DNA of 64,000 bases from the human T2T-CHM13v2.0 reference genome, Homo sapiens. The first letter of the stretch is position 1. The number at the start of each line of letters is the position of its first letter. The position numbers and the translations under genes were made by a program. Positions 1 to 14,068 of the stretch are shown here, piece by piece. The notes below the pieces were generated by a model. That model searched no databases, was not told the origin of the DNA, and saw only the letters and a program-made list of their open reading frames with translations. The stretch is from NCBI RefSeq assembly GCF_009914755.1, contig NC_060935.1, one strand, 5' to 3'.

Positions 1-591
1 GATTTAAGTGGAAAGAAATGGGAAAAGTGTCCAGGACAATCGCCCTTCCAGCACCTAGTGTCCAGACAGGAAACTTGATTGGAGACTAGAGGTTTATGTT
101 GCTGTGAGGACATTTCTCAAAGTCACAGGGGTTCTCAGGCAAGGTGAGGAGGCTTTATCATAGCACAGGAGAATACATCAGCTAAACCCCTCATCAGAGA
201 AGCCGGGCCCCTCAGCCACAGTGCCACATGAGAAAACAACTCCTCTGTTGCCTTCCCACCTCCTTTCATTCAGTTTTCTCCTGCGGTGCCTGGCCCAGCC
301 AAGGCCTTCTTAATAGGGCACTGTTTTTCCAACTGTGCTCTGGGTATTTCCCAAAGTTGTCTCCATGGCCACAGGAGTGACAGTTGAAGGCAGAGAGGAG
401 CCAACATGGCCCAGCCAACACCTATAGCTCAACAGAGACACTCCATTCCTTTGGTTTACATATTATGGGCTTTGGTCTAAGGTTTTGTTGGAGGAAAGCC
501 TTTTATTATCCAACATTCCCCACCAACAGTAAATCTAGACCAATAATGTGTGTTTTTTCTGCCTTTCTTAGGGCCTGATACATAGCAGATA

Positions 592-918
592 CAGTCATGC
601 ACCGCATAATGATGTTTTAGTCAAAAATGGACCACATATACAATGGTGGTCCCGTAAGATTATAATGCCGTGCTTTTACTGAATGTTTTCTATGTTTAGA
701 TACACAAATACTTACCATTGTGTTACAATTGCGTACAATATTCAATTAAGTAACATGCTTGTAGTCTAGGAGCAGTAGACTATCCCATGTAGCCTGGCTG
801 TGTAGTAGGCTATACCATCTACATTTGTGTAAGTACAGTGTATGATGTTCACACAATGAGGAAGTCACCTAATGATGCATCTCTTGGAACGTATCCTGGT
901 TGTTAACTGACATGACTG
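592..918 (+). mobile_element. Tigger3a/MER7-type Tc1-mariner non-autonomous DNA transposon
   Basis: Terminal inverted repeats CAGTCATG...CATGACTG flanked by TA at 590-591 and 919-920; body matches the Tigger3 (Golem) consensus. Confidence 0.9.
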
Positions 919-1232
919 TACTTGCTAAATAGTAGCCATCATTAATAGTAGTGCTGCATGACATCTACCCTCAAGGAGCTTACAGATGTCAGAGGGTACA
1001 GATGTATTCCTCTTGTTCTTTCATGAGAAGCCATGCTAGGCCGTGTTTGCTCCTTGCACTCTTTATTCTCCTTCCAGAAGTTGTAATTCATCTCTGCTTG
1101 CCCTCTGTAATCTGGAATCCAAATGGAGGCTCTCCTATTCAAGTAACAGACAGCCTGTGATAAGATAATGGTGAGACCATGGATGGTAAAGTGCTTGGTG
1201 AATTGTAAAAGGCTGTAAAAATATTTGATGTT

Positions 1233-1530
1233 GGCCCAGCGCCATGGCTCATGCCTGTAATCCCAGCACTTTGGGAGGTGGAAGCAGGCAGATCATGAGG
1301 TCGGGAGTTCGAGACCAGACTGATCAACATGATGAAACCCTGTCTCTACTAAAAATACAAAAATTAGCCAGGCATGGTGGTGTGCACCTGTAATCCCAGC
1401 TACTCAGGAGGCTGAGGCAGGAGAATTGCTTGACCCTGGGAAGCGGAGGCTGCATTGAGCCAAAATCGCACCACTGCATTCCAGTCTGGGCAACAGGGCA
1501 AGACTCCATCTCAAAAACAAAAAAACAAAA
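1233..1530 (+). mobile_element. Full-length AluS SINE
   Basis: Two monomers, central TACTAAAAATACAAAA linker, A-rich tail, degenerate TSD (aaaa..ttgatgt). Confidence 0.95.
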
Positions 1531-1718
1531 ATTGATGTCGTTACCCTTATTGTATTTTCAAGAGGAAACTGAGTCACAGTGAACACTCCTAGTGGAAATT
1601 TGGAAGAATTCCTTGGAACAGATGGACTGTAGTCCTCAAAAGCAGCACCTGTTCCTCAAGCATTTAGTCTGGGACACTGATGAGAAGTCGGTGTGGTGAG
1701 GTCTTTGCCTAAAGGGGG

Positions 1719-2140
1719 TGTATTAGTTTGTTCTTTCATTGCTGTAAAAAATACCTGAGACTGGATAATTAATAAAGAAAAAAGGTTTAACTGGCTCATG
1801 ATACTGCAGTATCTAAAGGAAGCATAGTTGCTTCTGCTTCTGGGGAGGCTTCAGGAGGCTTCCAATCACGGCAGAAGGCAAAGGGGGAGCAAGTGTCTTA
1901 CATGGCAGGAGGAGGAGCAAGAGAGAGAGAGCAGGAGGGAGGAAGTACTACACAAGTTTACATGACCAGTTCTTACAAGAACTCACTCACCATCACAGGA
2001 AGAGCACCGAGGGGATGGTGCTAAGCCATTCATGAGAATCCGCTCCCGTGATCCGGTCACCTCCCACCAGGCCCCATCTTCAACACTGGGGATTATAATT
2101 TGACATGAAATTTGGGGGGACACAGATCCAAATCATATCA
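1719..2140 (-). mobile_element. MSTA/MSTB MaLR solo LTR
   Basis: TG...CA ends; minus strand begins TGATATGATTTGGATCTGTGTCCCC; 5-bp TSD ggggg/gggag. Confidence 0.9.
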
Positions 2141-2739
2141 GGGAGCTTGCCATGAAGCCTTAAATCACCCAACCCTACTTGCTCATGGCTTCAACTCAGT
2201 AGAATGACTTCTTTTTCTTCCCTCTCATACTTCTATGGGAAAGATAAATGGCAAAAGACAACATTGTATCAAATATTTATGTATTATTTTCATTTTTGCA
2301 AGCATTTATTTTTCAAGGGTAGTTTTAGGATATACCTCATGACAGTTCATTCAGTACACATTTATGAGATGGTGCCAGCTTCTCTCCAGGCCATAGGATG
2401 GATGCTGGAGGAAGATGAAAGGGGAAAGTCAACTCAGACCCAGGCACTGTTGTAGGAGCAACCACAAACATATAGGAAGATGACTCCAGTGCAAAGGGAT
2501 GGCCAGGGACACATGGGAAGTACAGAGCTCCCAGGGAAGCTGGAGGAAGCGGCTGACTGAAACATATTTTCACTAGTAGCAGTTGCAGCCCCAGGCAAAA
2601 TTGTGAGATAAGTTTTTGTTTTTTTTTTAAATCCCTTTCCCTTCCCTCTTTTTCATTTCTTACAAATGCCAGTGCCCTTGTGCTTTTTGTACATTCCCCT
2701 GTAACTCAAAGATACTCTGAGGTCCTTTGGGCACATGCC

Positions 2740-3260
2740 ATTTATTTATTAATTAAATCAACAACCATCAAGGGCCTGCTCTGTGCTGGGTATTGGGCAC
2801 TGTTCTCACCCACCATGTAGGAAACAGCAGTGAATGTGATAAACAGGTTTCTCTGCCTACTTGAAATGTATCCCCCAGGAGAGTGAGATAGAAAATAAAC
2901 TAATAAAAAAAACCAAATTAAATTGCATGCTAAACATTTTTAAGTAGGAGTAAAGGCCATGCTGAGCATGACTGCAGGATGTTGTAGCATTGAGAGATGA
3001 AATGACCACCTCAGACAGAATGGTCAGGAAAGGCCTCTCTGAAGAGGGAACATTTGAGCAAACACCTGAATACAAGGATCCAGGAACCCAGTGTTCTAGA
3101 AACAGAAAGTGTATAAGGACTCCGAGGCAGAAGTGAGTTTTGTGTTTGAGGAATAGAAAAAAAGACAATGTGTTACAGAGAGAGGAAGCACAAAGGGATG
3201 AAGTTAGAGAGGCAGAGAGTAATTTGAATGTGATAAAGTGCGTGAAAAGCCATTGGAGGG
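2740..3260 (-). mobile_element. L2 LINE 3' fragment
   Basis: Degenerate L2 3' motifs (tgtgctgggtattgggcactg; ggaaaggcctctctgaagagggaacatttgagc). Confidence 0.65.
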
Positions 3261-4231
3261 TTCAATGCCCGCAGCAGTGCAGTGTTTCCCCTTTTAGGAC
3301 ATTTGCCTTTATGTATTTTACTTGCTAAACAAAGTGTGCCTGAGTACTTTTTGAATGCTACCGCAGATTCCCGTACAGTGCCAGGCAGATAGCAAATGCT
3401 CAGTGAATAGTTGTTCATCGATTGAGCAAGGATCAAACCAAAAACTAAAGCCACAGATGCCTGATGGTAGAATATCAGGCATTTCACCCAAGATAGAATA
3501 CCTGGGGGGATTGTAGTCCTTCAGGCTTCAGTAGTACAGTAGCCTGTACTACTTCAGATTGTAGTCTCAGGGGGCACACTGTGAACGGCCATTGCCCATG
3601 GATCACAAAAGCCTGGCTCTCATTTCCTTTTTCACAGGCCTTAGGCATTCAGCCTTCTCTTTGTTCTCTTTCTAGCTTCCCCCCATCATTTGGGCCCCCC
3701 TGTCCCGGCATCCCTGGCTACAGAGTCTCCCCTGCTCCTCGTAATTCTGCTGACCCCATAGAAAGACATAGGCCTGCCTCATTGAATAGTAGAACTATTA
3801 AGAACTGAAAGGAAAACAACACAAACAGCAAAGATGGGAACATGTTGTGAGGAGTCTTTCCAAAATGTTTCTTCTCATTTCTCTTGGTAGATTTGGGGAG
3901 CCTGTCTTCATTTATTCCTTCTGCAATTGTCCTGGTTACACAAGGGTAATAAACTGGGGAAACCTTCATCTTTTTAATTCAAATGCTATTTTTCATTAAA
4001 TTGTCCCTGAAGGAGATTGACAAAGGGCTTAGGCTGTTCTTGACCCTGTGTTCTGTAGACTTTGGCTAAATATGCTGCAAAAGCTTGCCTGCCATGTGAT
4101 TACATGAGAACAATTCATTCTTTCCTTCCTCAAAACCAGAGAAAGCTCAACCTTCCATCTGGATTCTAAACAGTTGTCAAAAATTCACTCTTCAATTCTC
4201 CTGTTTTTGTCAGCAGGAAAATGGTGGGAAG

Positions 4232-4660
4232 TATTGAAGAAATATTAAAAACACAATCTGAACCCAACACAGAAAACCTTTTCACAAAAGTAGAAGATAA
4301 ATAAAAGTTTTATTATTGAATAAGCATTAGCACAAAAAGTGATGCACACCAGAGGCAATCTGCTGAAGAGATTACAGAGGCAGAAAGAAATCTCACTGTT
4401 TTATACAGCCAAATGGGTACAACCATTCCATTTATGTTTTCAAGATAAATTTGCTAATTTTCTCCTATGTTTATAACTGCAGGTAGGTTGTGCGATTAGG
4501 AGTCAGTTGACAACTGAAGTTAGGTCTATCTTCTTCCAGAAAAACTGAGACATAGGGCATTTTTCTTGATGATTATATTTCAAAGAGATGGCTCTCATGT
4601 CTTTGAAGAAACTTGTCTGAGTTGTAAGATTGGCAAGAACTTTATTTAACATTTGCCTTA
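4232..4660 (-). mobile_element. ERV1-class LTR, MER34/MER39-like (partial)
   Basis: tttcaaagagatggctc...ttgtaagattggcaaga and aagttttattattgaataagcatta; antiparallel homology to 49600-50136. Confidence 0.7.
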
Positions 4661-5044
4661 TAATAGGCATTTGGGATCCTTTTGAGGCCAGTTTTGCTAG
4701 GTTAAAGAGTAGGTCCCTTAGACATATTCCAGAATTGGGTGCTAGCTCAAACATGTGACCTTTCTACCTTGCCAGAAGTTCAAAATTTTAGTGCTCTCAC
4801 AGAGCTCTTACTACAAGTATCCCAGTCAGTCACACACAATCCCTTTTAGAACTATTTCTAGAAAATATATTGAAAAGCAATATTTGCTCAATTTGCTGAA
4901 ATAAAGATGACAAAATCTCTTTCCTTATCATATCTCTCCTCCAACTTAGGAGAGTAATCCGAGGACAGTTTCTCCCAGGAAGTTTCCTTCTTCCAACTAT
5001 ACAGGACTAAACAGATAAACAGGACTCTGAATCTCAGCTGGGAA

Positions 5045-5180
5045 TCCCTGAGTGCTTGGACTTCCGAGGATGAAGATCTGGATCTGAATCCCAACTCTTC
5101 CCTCACCATTAGAATAATAATTAATATGTCGGGGCTTCACTTGTATCATCTGTCAAAGGAGGATAATAATTGTTGTGCCC
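5045..5180 (+). mobile_element. MIR SINE fragment
   Basis: ctggatctgaatcccaactct...gcttcacttgtatcatctgtcaaaggaggataataat resembles the MIR core. Confidence 0.6.
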
Positions 5181-6689
5181 CTCACATGTTTTCCATCTTT
5201 GCCCAGACAATTTCCCTTCTTTGTATGGGTTTCCACTGAATGCTTTCTTTTATAATACTTTACACTTCATTTTAAGCTCATTGTGCCTATAGCTGTTAAC
5301 TTGCCTGTCTTGCCATACTGTTAGGACAGGGGACTTATTTATTGCTTATTTTTCAGGGCTCCTTATAAATGGGATTTAAAGAACTTGTGAAAGCTTGAAT
5401 GAATCTGCTTGTTTGTGTGATCATAAGATGGAACATTATACCCAAGTAAAGTTCCTGGCACACATGGTGCCTCCTCTGCCTTTCTTTGGAGCTAAGACCT
5501 TTTGAGCTGTGCTTCTTTCCTCTACAAAAACATCTTTGAGCATTTCCTTACCCACCACTGGTGCTCTTATTCCTTAGACTACAAATACCCTAAGATGAAG
5601 TAGGTTCTTCCAAAACAGTCATTATTGATTCAAATGCCATTTGCAGCCAGGAAATTAGCCTATCCTCTTCCAGAAGGTTTTCTTTCAGCCAGGAGCTTGA
5701 ATAAATAGGTTTTCCTGCTTATTTATCTATTAACAAAACAATCAAATTAATATCTTATTTCAGGAACATTTCATTTAGTCAAAATATTAAGTTAGTTTGG
5801 AAAAGGAGAAAAAAAAAACACGAGGAAAGAGAGTTTGGGTAAGTTATTTTCTCAGTCTGCAAGCTTTCCCTGGATGGGATTTTTCCATATCACTGGCTTG
5901 CTTGGGGCAGTGGAGAGGAAGGCTCAGTGAGGTGATGCTGACACTTGCAAGGCCCAAGAGAACCATATTTCCACCATGAGATTTGCTGTTTGGAAATACA
6001 GTTACTGATCATTCTGATATTGTAAATACTGTTTGCTAGCTTCTTCCTGAACTACAGGTAAGTGCACACTTACTTTAAACATTAGTAGGAATATTTAAGA
6101 GGTTCTGGTCCCACAGGATGTTCAAGAATTCAAAGGAACAGATGAGCATTTGCATAATCTTCCATGTAGAAGACAGCAGTCAGAGTTAATTTTTAATTTA
6201 TTTCCCTCCAGAGAAAATATCTCCTGATAACTCTTGATTAGCAGACAATGAGGTTCAGTAAAATCATTTAGAAGTTTGGAGCAAAAAAAAAAAAAAAAAA
6301 AATCCAAAGTTTCTGATGATAAAGGGAAAGTAAACATCCAAGAAATGACCTTTTTAAAAAAATTCCAAACTTGGGTGAATGAGTGGTATAGAAATACAAG
6401 GTTTGCATTGTAGACATCACCAAATAGCGCATTTGAATTTGCGGAACTGTCTCTCCTGCTTTGGTATAACCCTGTTCTACAGCTCATTAAATTAAAAAAT
6501 GCAAGAATAGGTCTTTAATTACTTGAGAAGATATTGCTGGTGATTTTTTCCTATCTCTAGTTATAGGAATTCTTTCATATTTTAAAAATAGAATAAATTA
6601 ATCATAAGACTATTCCACGATTTTGGCTGCTGTGCCTGTGCAAATGACTATTTTGGAGAAAAGCAATTAAACTCTAGCCTTTTTCTTTC

Positions 6690-7015
6690 TTTTAAAAATA
6701 TTTTTTGTGTGTATATTTGAGATTTACCAACATGATGTTACAGGATACATATAGTCAAATGGTTACTATAGAGAAGCAAATTAACTTATCCATCATCTCA
6801 CATAGTTACTTTTTGTTGTGGCGAGAACAGCTAAAATCTACTTATTTAACAAAAGTTCCTAATATGATGTGATATTTATTAGCCCTCTTCCTCATGTTGT
6901 ACATTAAATCTCTAGACTTGTTCATCTAAACAGAGAGAGCAGATAAATCGGTGGTTACCAGGGGTGAGGAAATGAGTGGACAGGAAATGGGAAGATGTAG
7001 TTCAAAGGATATCAT
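6690..7015 (-). mobile_element. L1MA8-10-like 3'UTR insertion with a 5' inverted segment (6928-7015 on +)
   Basis: 6690-6927 is a minus-strand L1MA 3' end; 6928-7015 is the adjacent upstream 3'UTR (aaacagagagag..ggtggttaccagggg..caaagga) in the opposite orientation. Confidence 0.75.
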
Positions 7016-7618
7016 AGCTTTTATCCTAGAAAATTTCAGTCTCCTATTACCTCACTCCCTATAGAAGAACAAGCCTTGTCAACAGGACCATGCAAATATT
7101 AGCAACTAATACTTGCAGAATGTTTTATCATTTAGAATATATATTTATATGCTTATCTTACCTAGCCCTCTCAGCAGCACTGTAAGAAACATATTATTAC
7201 ATATTGAGGGATTAATAATAGTAATGATAATAACAACCAGAAGAAAATAAGAAGATAATAATTTGCCCAAAGTCACATACCCATGGGGAGAGCTGGGCTG
7301 TAAACCCCTTCTTAATGTTCTTTCCATTGTGTGTATTTTTTTTAGAGTTAAGGACAAATGGGTGAGACTAATCCAATAGGGAAACTTTCAGAATTCTGAA
7401 TTTCAGAGTTGTAAGGAAATTTATAGATCACTATCCAAAACTATCTTAGAAAGCTAAAGATAAAAATAATTGCTACATCCACATAGACTGTTAATGGAAT
7501 AGCCTGGCCTTTAAGCAAAAAGTCCTGTCATCTGATTTCCTGTTGTTTCTTAATATACCGATTCTCCTGCTCCAAATTTATGTGCATAGTAACATGTGGT
7601 GCATCTGTATGTGTTTAA

Positions 7619-7903
<285 letters not shown>

Positions 7904-9339
7904 TTTAATATTTATTTTTAATCTTGCAGTTGTACTTCTCCATCAGGAATATTCTAGGAAGCCAAAAGGACATTTTCCAATAGAAGAGAAAGCCTAGAAA
8001 ATTTGCACCTTACCTACTTAGAATGCTACAAACTTAAGTTTTATATTGATACAGACATCATTTTCCTATTTTGGCTAAAGAAATGAGGTGCCTGGGTTCT
8101 CAATATATTATACACACACTTTTCTCCTCCATCTTTGTTCCTGCTGCATCACTTCTCAACTTTTTAACTTGATTCTGCTGATGCTTTCAGTATTTTCACA
8201 TAAATTGTGCTGAGTGTCAGATGTGGGTCAGTGGATATTACTGTAAAAATAATATCTATATGAAAACTCCAATTTGTGGGGTAAACAAACAATGAAATGC
8301 TCTCATTTTTTTCCTTTTTTTTGGTGGTTGAGTCAGCTTGTATCCACTCCAGTACTGTCCCTGACCTTTTCCTAGCCAAGTGAATCCATAAATTAGTCAA
8401 GGGGGGAACACTGATTTATTGGTAGTGGATATGCTTCACAATCAGTTTGAATTTAGAAGGTGTTGCTGTCCTGTACTGTCACAAAACACACAGTATAAAT
8501 TATTAAGCTGGGTCCTGCAGAGGTTTGAAAGAGGCATAAGATGAGGCAGTGGTTTCTCCTAAAGGCTGTGGACCCTTGAGGTGCTGAAGAGTGATACAAA
8601 TCCTTAACATTTTCACAGACCGAAAAAAAAAAAAACAGTAGCCACACATTACAGAATGAATTCAAAATATATGCCTGCAGCTTTCCCCTACCCCAGCCTT
8701 TTCAGGTAAGAATTCTTTTATTTCAGGCAGTTGCTAACCCTGGGCCTCTGTGGTGCTGGTCAGAAAAGTGGGTAGAGCTATAGTCTGGAAGGGGGCAATT
8801 CAGAGAATGGGTGGAGGAAGGGAGACAGACAGAGACAGTGACAGTGATCCAGGGACAAAGAGAGAAACAGAAAGAGCACCTCAAGCTGAGTTTGGAGCAA
8901 GTGCAGGGGAGTTTACACAAGATTATATGTAGAGTTAAGACCACAGCAGGATATGAGGACACAAGCAGGACATGTTTTCTTCGGTGTGGAAAAAACTGAG
9001 GGGAATTTTAAGAAAGGCTTGCTGAGTGTTATCAATGACTTCTTTGACTCCACTTATGGAAATTTCATATAATATTTAAATTGTTTACAACATATTTTGG
9101 CTTTTTCCAGATATAATACTTATGTTTTGAATCTGGCATTGTTCTTAGATAGGCCACTAAATATATAGGTGATGAAACACCCAATCTGTTTTCAAAAGTA
9201 TGTAGATACTTTTGAAATTAATAAAATAAAATCCATGTAAAAGTGGTATTAAAATCATCACAGTTTTACATTATTATGTATCTGCTAAATTAATATATAA
9301 TGTATTTCTATCACGAGGAAAACTCAACAGTTTTTATTT

Positions 9340-10377
9340 TTAAAAATCTTTTTAAATTTTTATTTTAAGTCCTGGGGTACATGTGCAGGATGTGCAGGTT
9401 GGTTACATAGGTAAACGTGTGCCATGGTGGTTTGCTGCACCTATCAATCCATCATCTAGGTATTAAGCCCAACATACATTTGCTATTTTTCCTAATGCTC
9501 TCCCTCCCTCCATCACAACCTCTGACAGGCCCCAGTGTGTGTTCCCCTCCCTGTGTCCATGTGTTCTCATTGTTCAGCTCCCACTTATAAGTGAGAACAT
9601 GTGGTGTTTGGTTTTCTATTCCTGTATTAGTTTGCTAAGGATAATGGCTTCCAGCTTCATTTATGTCCCTGCAAAGGACGTGATCTCTTTCCTTTTTATG
9701 GCTGCATAGTAGTCCATGGTGTATCTGTAACACATTTTCTTTATTCAGTCTATCATTAATGGGCATCTGGGTGGATTCCATGTCTTTGCTATTGTGAATA
9801 GTGCTGCTATGAGCTTACGTGTGCATGTATCTTTGTAATAGATGATTTATATTCCTTTGGGCATGTATATACCCAGTAATTGGATTGCTGGGTCAAATGT
9901 TATTTCTGGTTCTAGATCTTTGAGGAATCATCACACGGTCTTCCACAATGGTTGAACTAATTTACATTCCCACTAACAGTGTAAAAGTGTTCTTATTTCT
10001 CTGCAACCTTGCCAGCATCTGTTGCTTCTTGACTTTTTAATAATTGCAATTTTGACTGGCATGAGATGGTATCTCATTGTGGCTTTGGTTTGCATTTCTC
10101 TGATGATCATTAATGTTGAGCTTTTTTTTCATATGTTTGTTGGCCGCATGAATGTCTTCTTTTGAGAAGTGTCTGTTTATGTCCTTAGCTCAGTTTTTAA
10201 TGGGGTCGTTTTTTTTTTTTCTTGTAAATTTGTTTAAGTTCTTTGTAGATTCTGGATATCAGACCTTTGTCAGATGGATAGATTGTGAAAATTTTCTCCT
10301 GCTCTGTAGGTTACCTACAGAGTGGCAGAAAATGATGATAGTTTTTTTTTTTTTTTTTTTTTTTTTGCTGTGCAGAG
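9340..10377 (-). mobile_element. L1PA8-L1PA10-like, 5'-truncated (~1 kb)
   Basis: L1PA 3'UTR (gggtacatgtgcaggatgtgcagg...) plus ORF2 C-terminus; TSD gtttttattt at 9330-9339 and 10378-10387. Confidence 0.9.
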
Positions 10378-10914
10378 GTTTTTATTTATGTTTGAAAAGA
10401 GCCCTCATACTCAAAAAGGGCTAAAAGCAACTGTGATATTGATTATGAAAAAAGTCTGTAAATCTGCAAAGCCCTGTGTAAATGCAAAGGCTTCTTACTA
10501 TCAGTCTTGACAACATGAGGCTTGCTTAGAGTAAATTCAAGTGACAGGATCTGTACTTAAGAAAAGTGGTCTCATTAATCCTAGAAAGCAAACAATAATT
10601 ACGGAATGGGAATAGAGTCCTAAGGAAGGAAACAATATTTCTGTGAGAGGTGGTCAGGGCTGCCTTTGGAGAGGATATGAACATGGAGTTTGGTCTTCAA
10701 GTATGTGGCAGACAAAGTGGGGGCAGTCTAGGAAGACAGGTGTGAGCAAAGGTGGAGAAATTTACACAGAAGGAGCATCGTTATTGCCATTTGGGTTACT
10801 TGTGCCTGAATAAAGATGCAACATCCTCAGCAGAAGTGATTGTCATAATGAGACCAACGTGGGTCTTTGCTCCTGAAAAATTGCAGCTCTCTGAAGTATA
10901 GCTTGGAGTTTTGG

Positions 10915-11820
<906 letters not shown>

Positions 11821-12039
11821 ATCAAATGATTATTAAAAATAAGTGGTCTTTTGTTTCTCAGTTTCACACATCTTTGTTTCTATTCCCTAGAGGCAACTGT
11901 GCTGAAATTATTTTGGTATTTGTGTCCATATTTTTAGATAACATGCTTTTACTACTTTTTTTTTTTTTAATAAATTTAGACATTGCCTATTGTCATCCTA
12001 ACTTTAGCCTCCAAGAGCAGCCTCCCACCCCATGTCTGC

Positions 12040-13800
12040 TCTCCCCATCCTTTTAAAATAGATCTCGCAATTTGGGATTAAATAAATATTGTGTTTGCTT
12101 TATTATGACCATATAAATATGTTTTATGGCTGAGTCCAGTACTATTTCTTGTGGAATACTATCTTTTTATTTCCCTATTTTTTATTTTCCCTGTAGTTAC
12201 TCATTGCATTACGTTTTCATTTACTGATTTTCTATATACCTATTGGTAATTTTCTCAGGTTTATAGAATGCCTGTTCAGAATTTTTTTTTTAAATGCTCT
12301 GACAGACAAAATAATCAGTTTCTTTATTTCCCTGGAGAGCCCCTCCTGCAAATCTATATCTTCCTGCTCCCATACAACTTACTGCCTCTTTAAGTCTGGT
12401 TTGTACTTCTCTTACGGGGGCCTTCCTCTGCCAAAAGTTTGTATTAGAACTTTTGTTTCCTGGATTCTCTGCCTTCCTTCCTCTATAATTATACTCCTGA
12501 TTTGGTAGAACAAATCTTTAATAGCTTCCTGAGAAAAGACACTTTGGAAGTAAAATTGCTGAGATCTTAGTCATTTGATTGATAGGTTGGCTGGATAGAG
12601 AATTCTAGTGGGAAATCATTTCCCTTTGAGTTTTTGAACTCATAGCTCAATAATATTAAAGTTTCCATGTTTATTGCTGAAATATCTGTTGCAATTTTGA
12701 TTTCTGATTTGTATCAGTATGAATTGTTTTTCTCTTCTGAAAGTTTTTAGGATCTGTTCCTTAGCCTTGGAGCTCTGAACTTTCTTAGTGATGTGAGTTA
12801 ATGGGAACACTTTTCCTTTATGTGTTGGGTGCTTTGGAACTCCTTCTGTTGTAGACAAGGAAAACTTTCTTGTATTAATTTTTTTTGATAAGTTTTTTTT
12901 CTTCATTTTTCTTGCCTTACTTTCTGGAACTCCTGTTGTTTGGATATTGGACAGCCTGGATAAATGCTCTGATTTTCTTTTTATTTCTATTGTAAATTAC
13001 TTTTAATTTTTTATATATTTAGTTTTTTATAAATTATTTTATATATATATTTTTTTCTATTGTATATTACTTTTACTTTTTTCTATTGTATATTACCTTT
13101 ACTTGTTTCTTCCAGGAGATTGTCTCAATTTTAATCTTCCAATACTTTTGTTGAATTGTTATTTCTAATATTATTATTATCATTTTAGTTCCATGAGGTG
13201 TCTTTTGTTCTCTGACAATTGTGGTATCTTTTACTTGAGGTAAAAGATGTAGTGTCTTATATCTCTGAGGAAAGCAATTTTTTCCATTCTTCCCATATTA
13301 TTTTCTTTTCCTATGATTTCACTATATTTTTCTTTTTTCCATTTAATTTTCATTTTAATGACTGCTGGTATCAGTGTTAATGTTTCTATTTTAGTGTGAG
13401 GTGTTCAAAGGCTAACAGTTCTCTGATGGAAGACTTGTTAACCAGTAGGCTTCACAAATGCAATGGTTGGATAGCAAGGCAGCCAGCTCAGTTGGAGGTC
13501 CCCAAATATAACTCTCTAGAGATCTTTTCCTTGGGATTGCACAGTTTCTGCACTCTCTTGCTTAGATGATATAGTCTGGTTTCAAACACCTGGGATGAGG
13601 ACATTGGAGGGGGCCATGTGTAGACTCTCATTTAATCCTCTGTTTCAGTCAATTGCTTCTTGCTTATGCCTGCAAGTCGAGTCACTGTGGTCCAGTTTCT
13701 CTGGACCCTAAGACCTGTTCCCCTTCTTGGTCTGGGATACTTATGTGCCTAGCTGAGTAAAGGTAGGAAGGGGTCCTATGTGTCTTGTTTTTAGGTTTAT
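12040..13800 (-). mobile_element. HAL1/old L1M ORF1-region fragment
   Basis: ttggctggatagagaattctagtgggaaatcatttccct; the ORF at 12640-12906 contains KAKEQILKTFRREKQ, similar to the ORF1p motif KEKILKAAREK. Confidence 0.65.
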
Positions 13801-13884
13801 GCCCTACCACAGGCCTTTGTTGGGATTTCTGGAGGGAAGGAGAGATCAATTCACATGTTGAATAGTAGATGTGAGTAGGGGTAG

Positions 13885-14068
13885 AGCAAGTTACCTAACC
13901 TCTCTTTTCCTCACTTTCCTCATCTGCAGGATAGGAGTAATAATGGTACCTGCCTCATAGAGTTATTGTGAGCATTAAATTAGTTATTACGTGTAAAGTG
14001 CTTATAACAGTGTTAGACTATGGAGAGTTCTCAGTAAGTGTTCCCCATTGTTATTTATTAATATTACT
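13885..14068 (+). mobile_element. MIR SINE
   Basis: gcaagttacctaacctctc..cctcactttcctcatctg..gtaataatggtacctgcctcatagagttattgtgag. Confidence 0.85.

Noticed and set aside
1139-1586. ORFs such as [10 protein letters not shown].. and ..[11 protein letters not shown].. (similar ORFs at 7655, 11326, 45114, 59805)
   Set aside because: Typical antisense Alu translations, not genes
12984-13104. Three copies of ttctattgta(a/t)attac(t/c)ttta, plus other short duplications (56454-56483, 57245-57290)
   Set aside because: Ordinary slippage duplications within AT-rich old repeats
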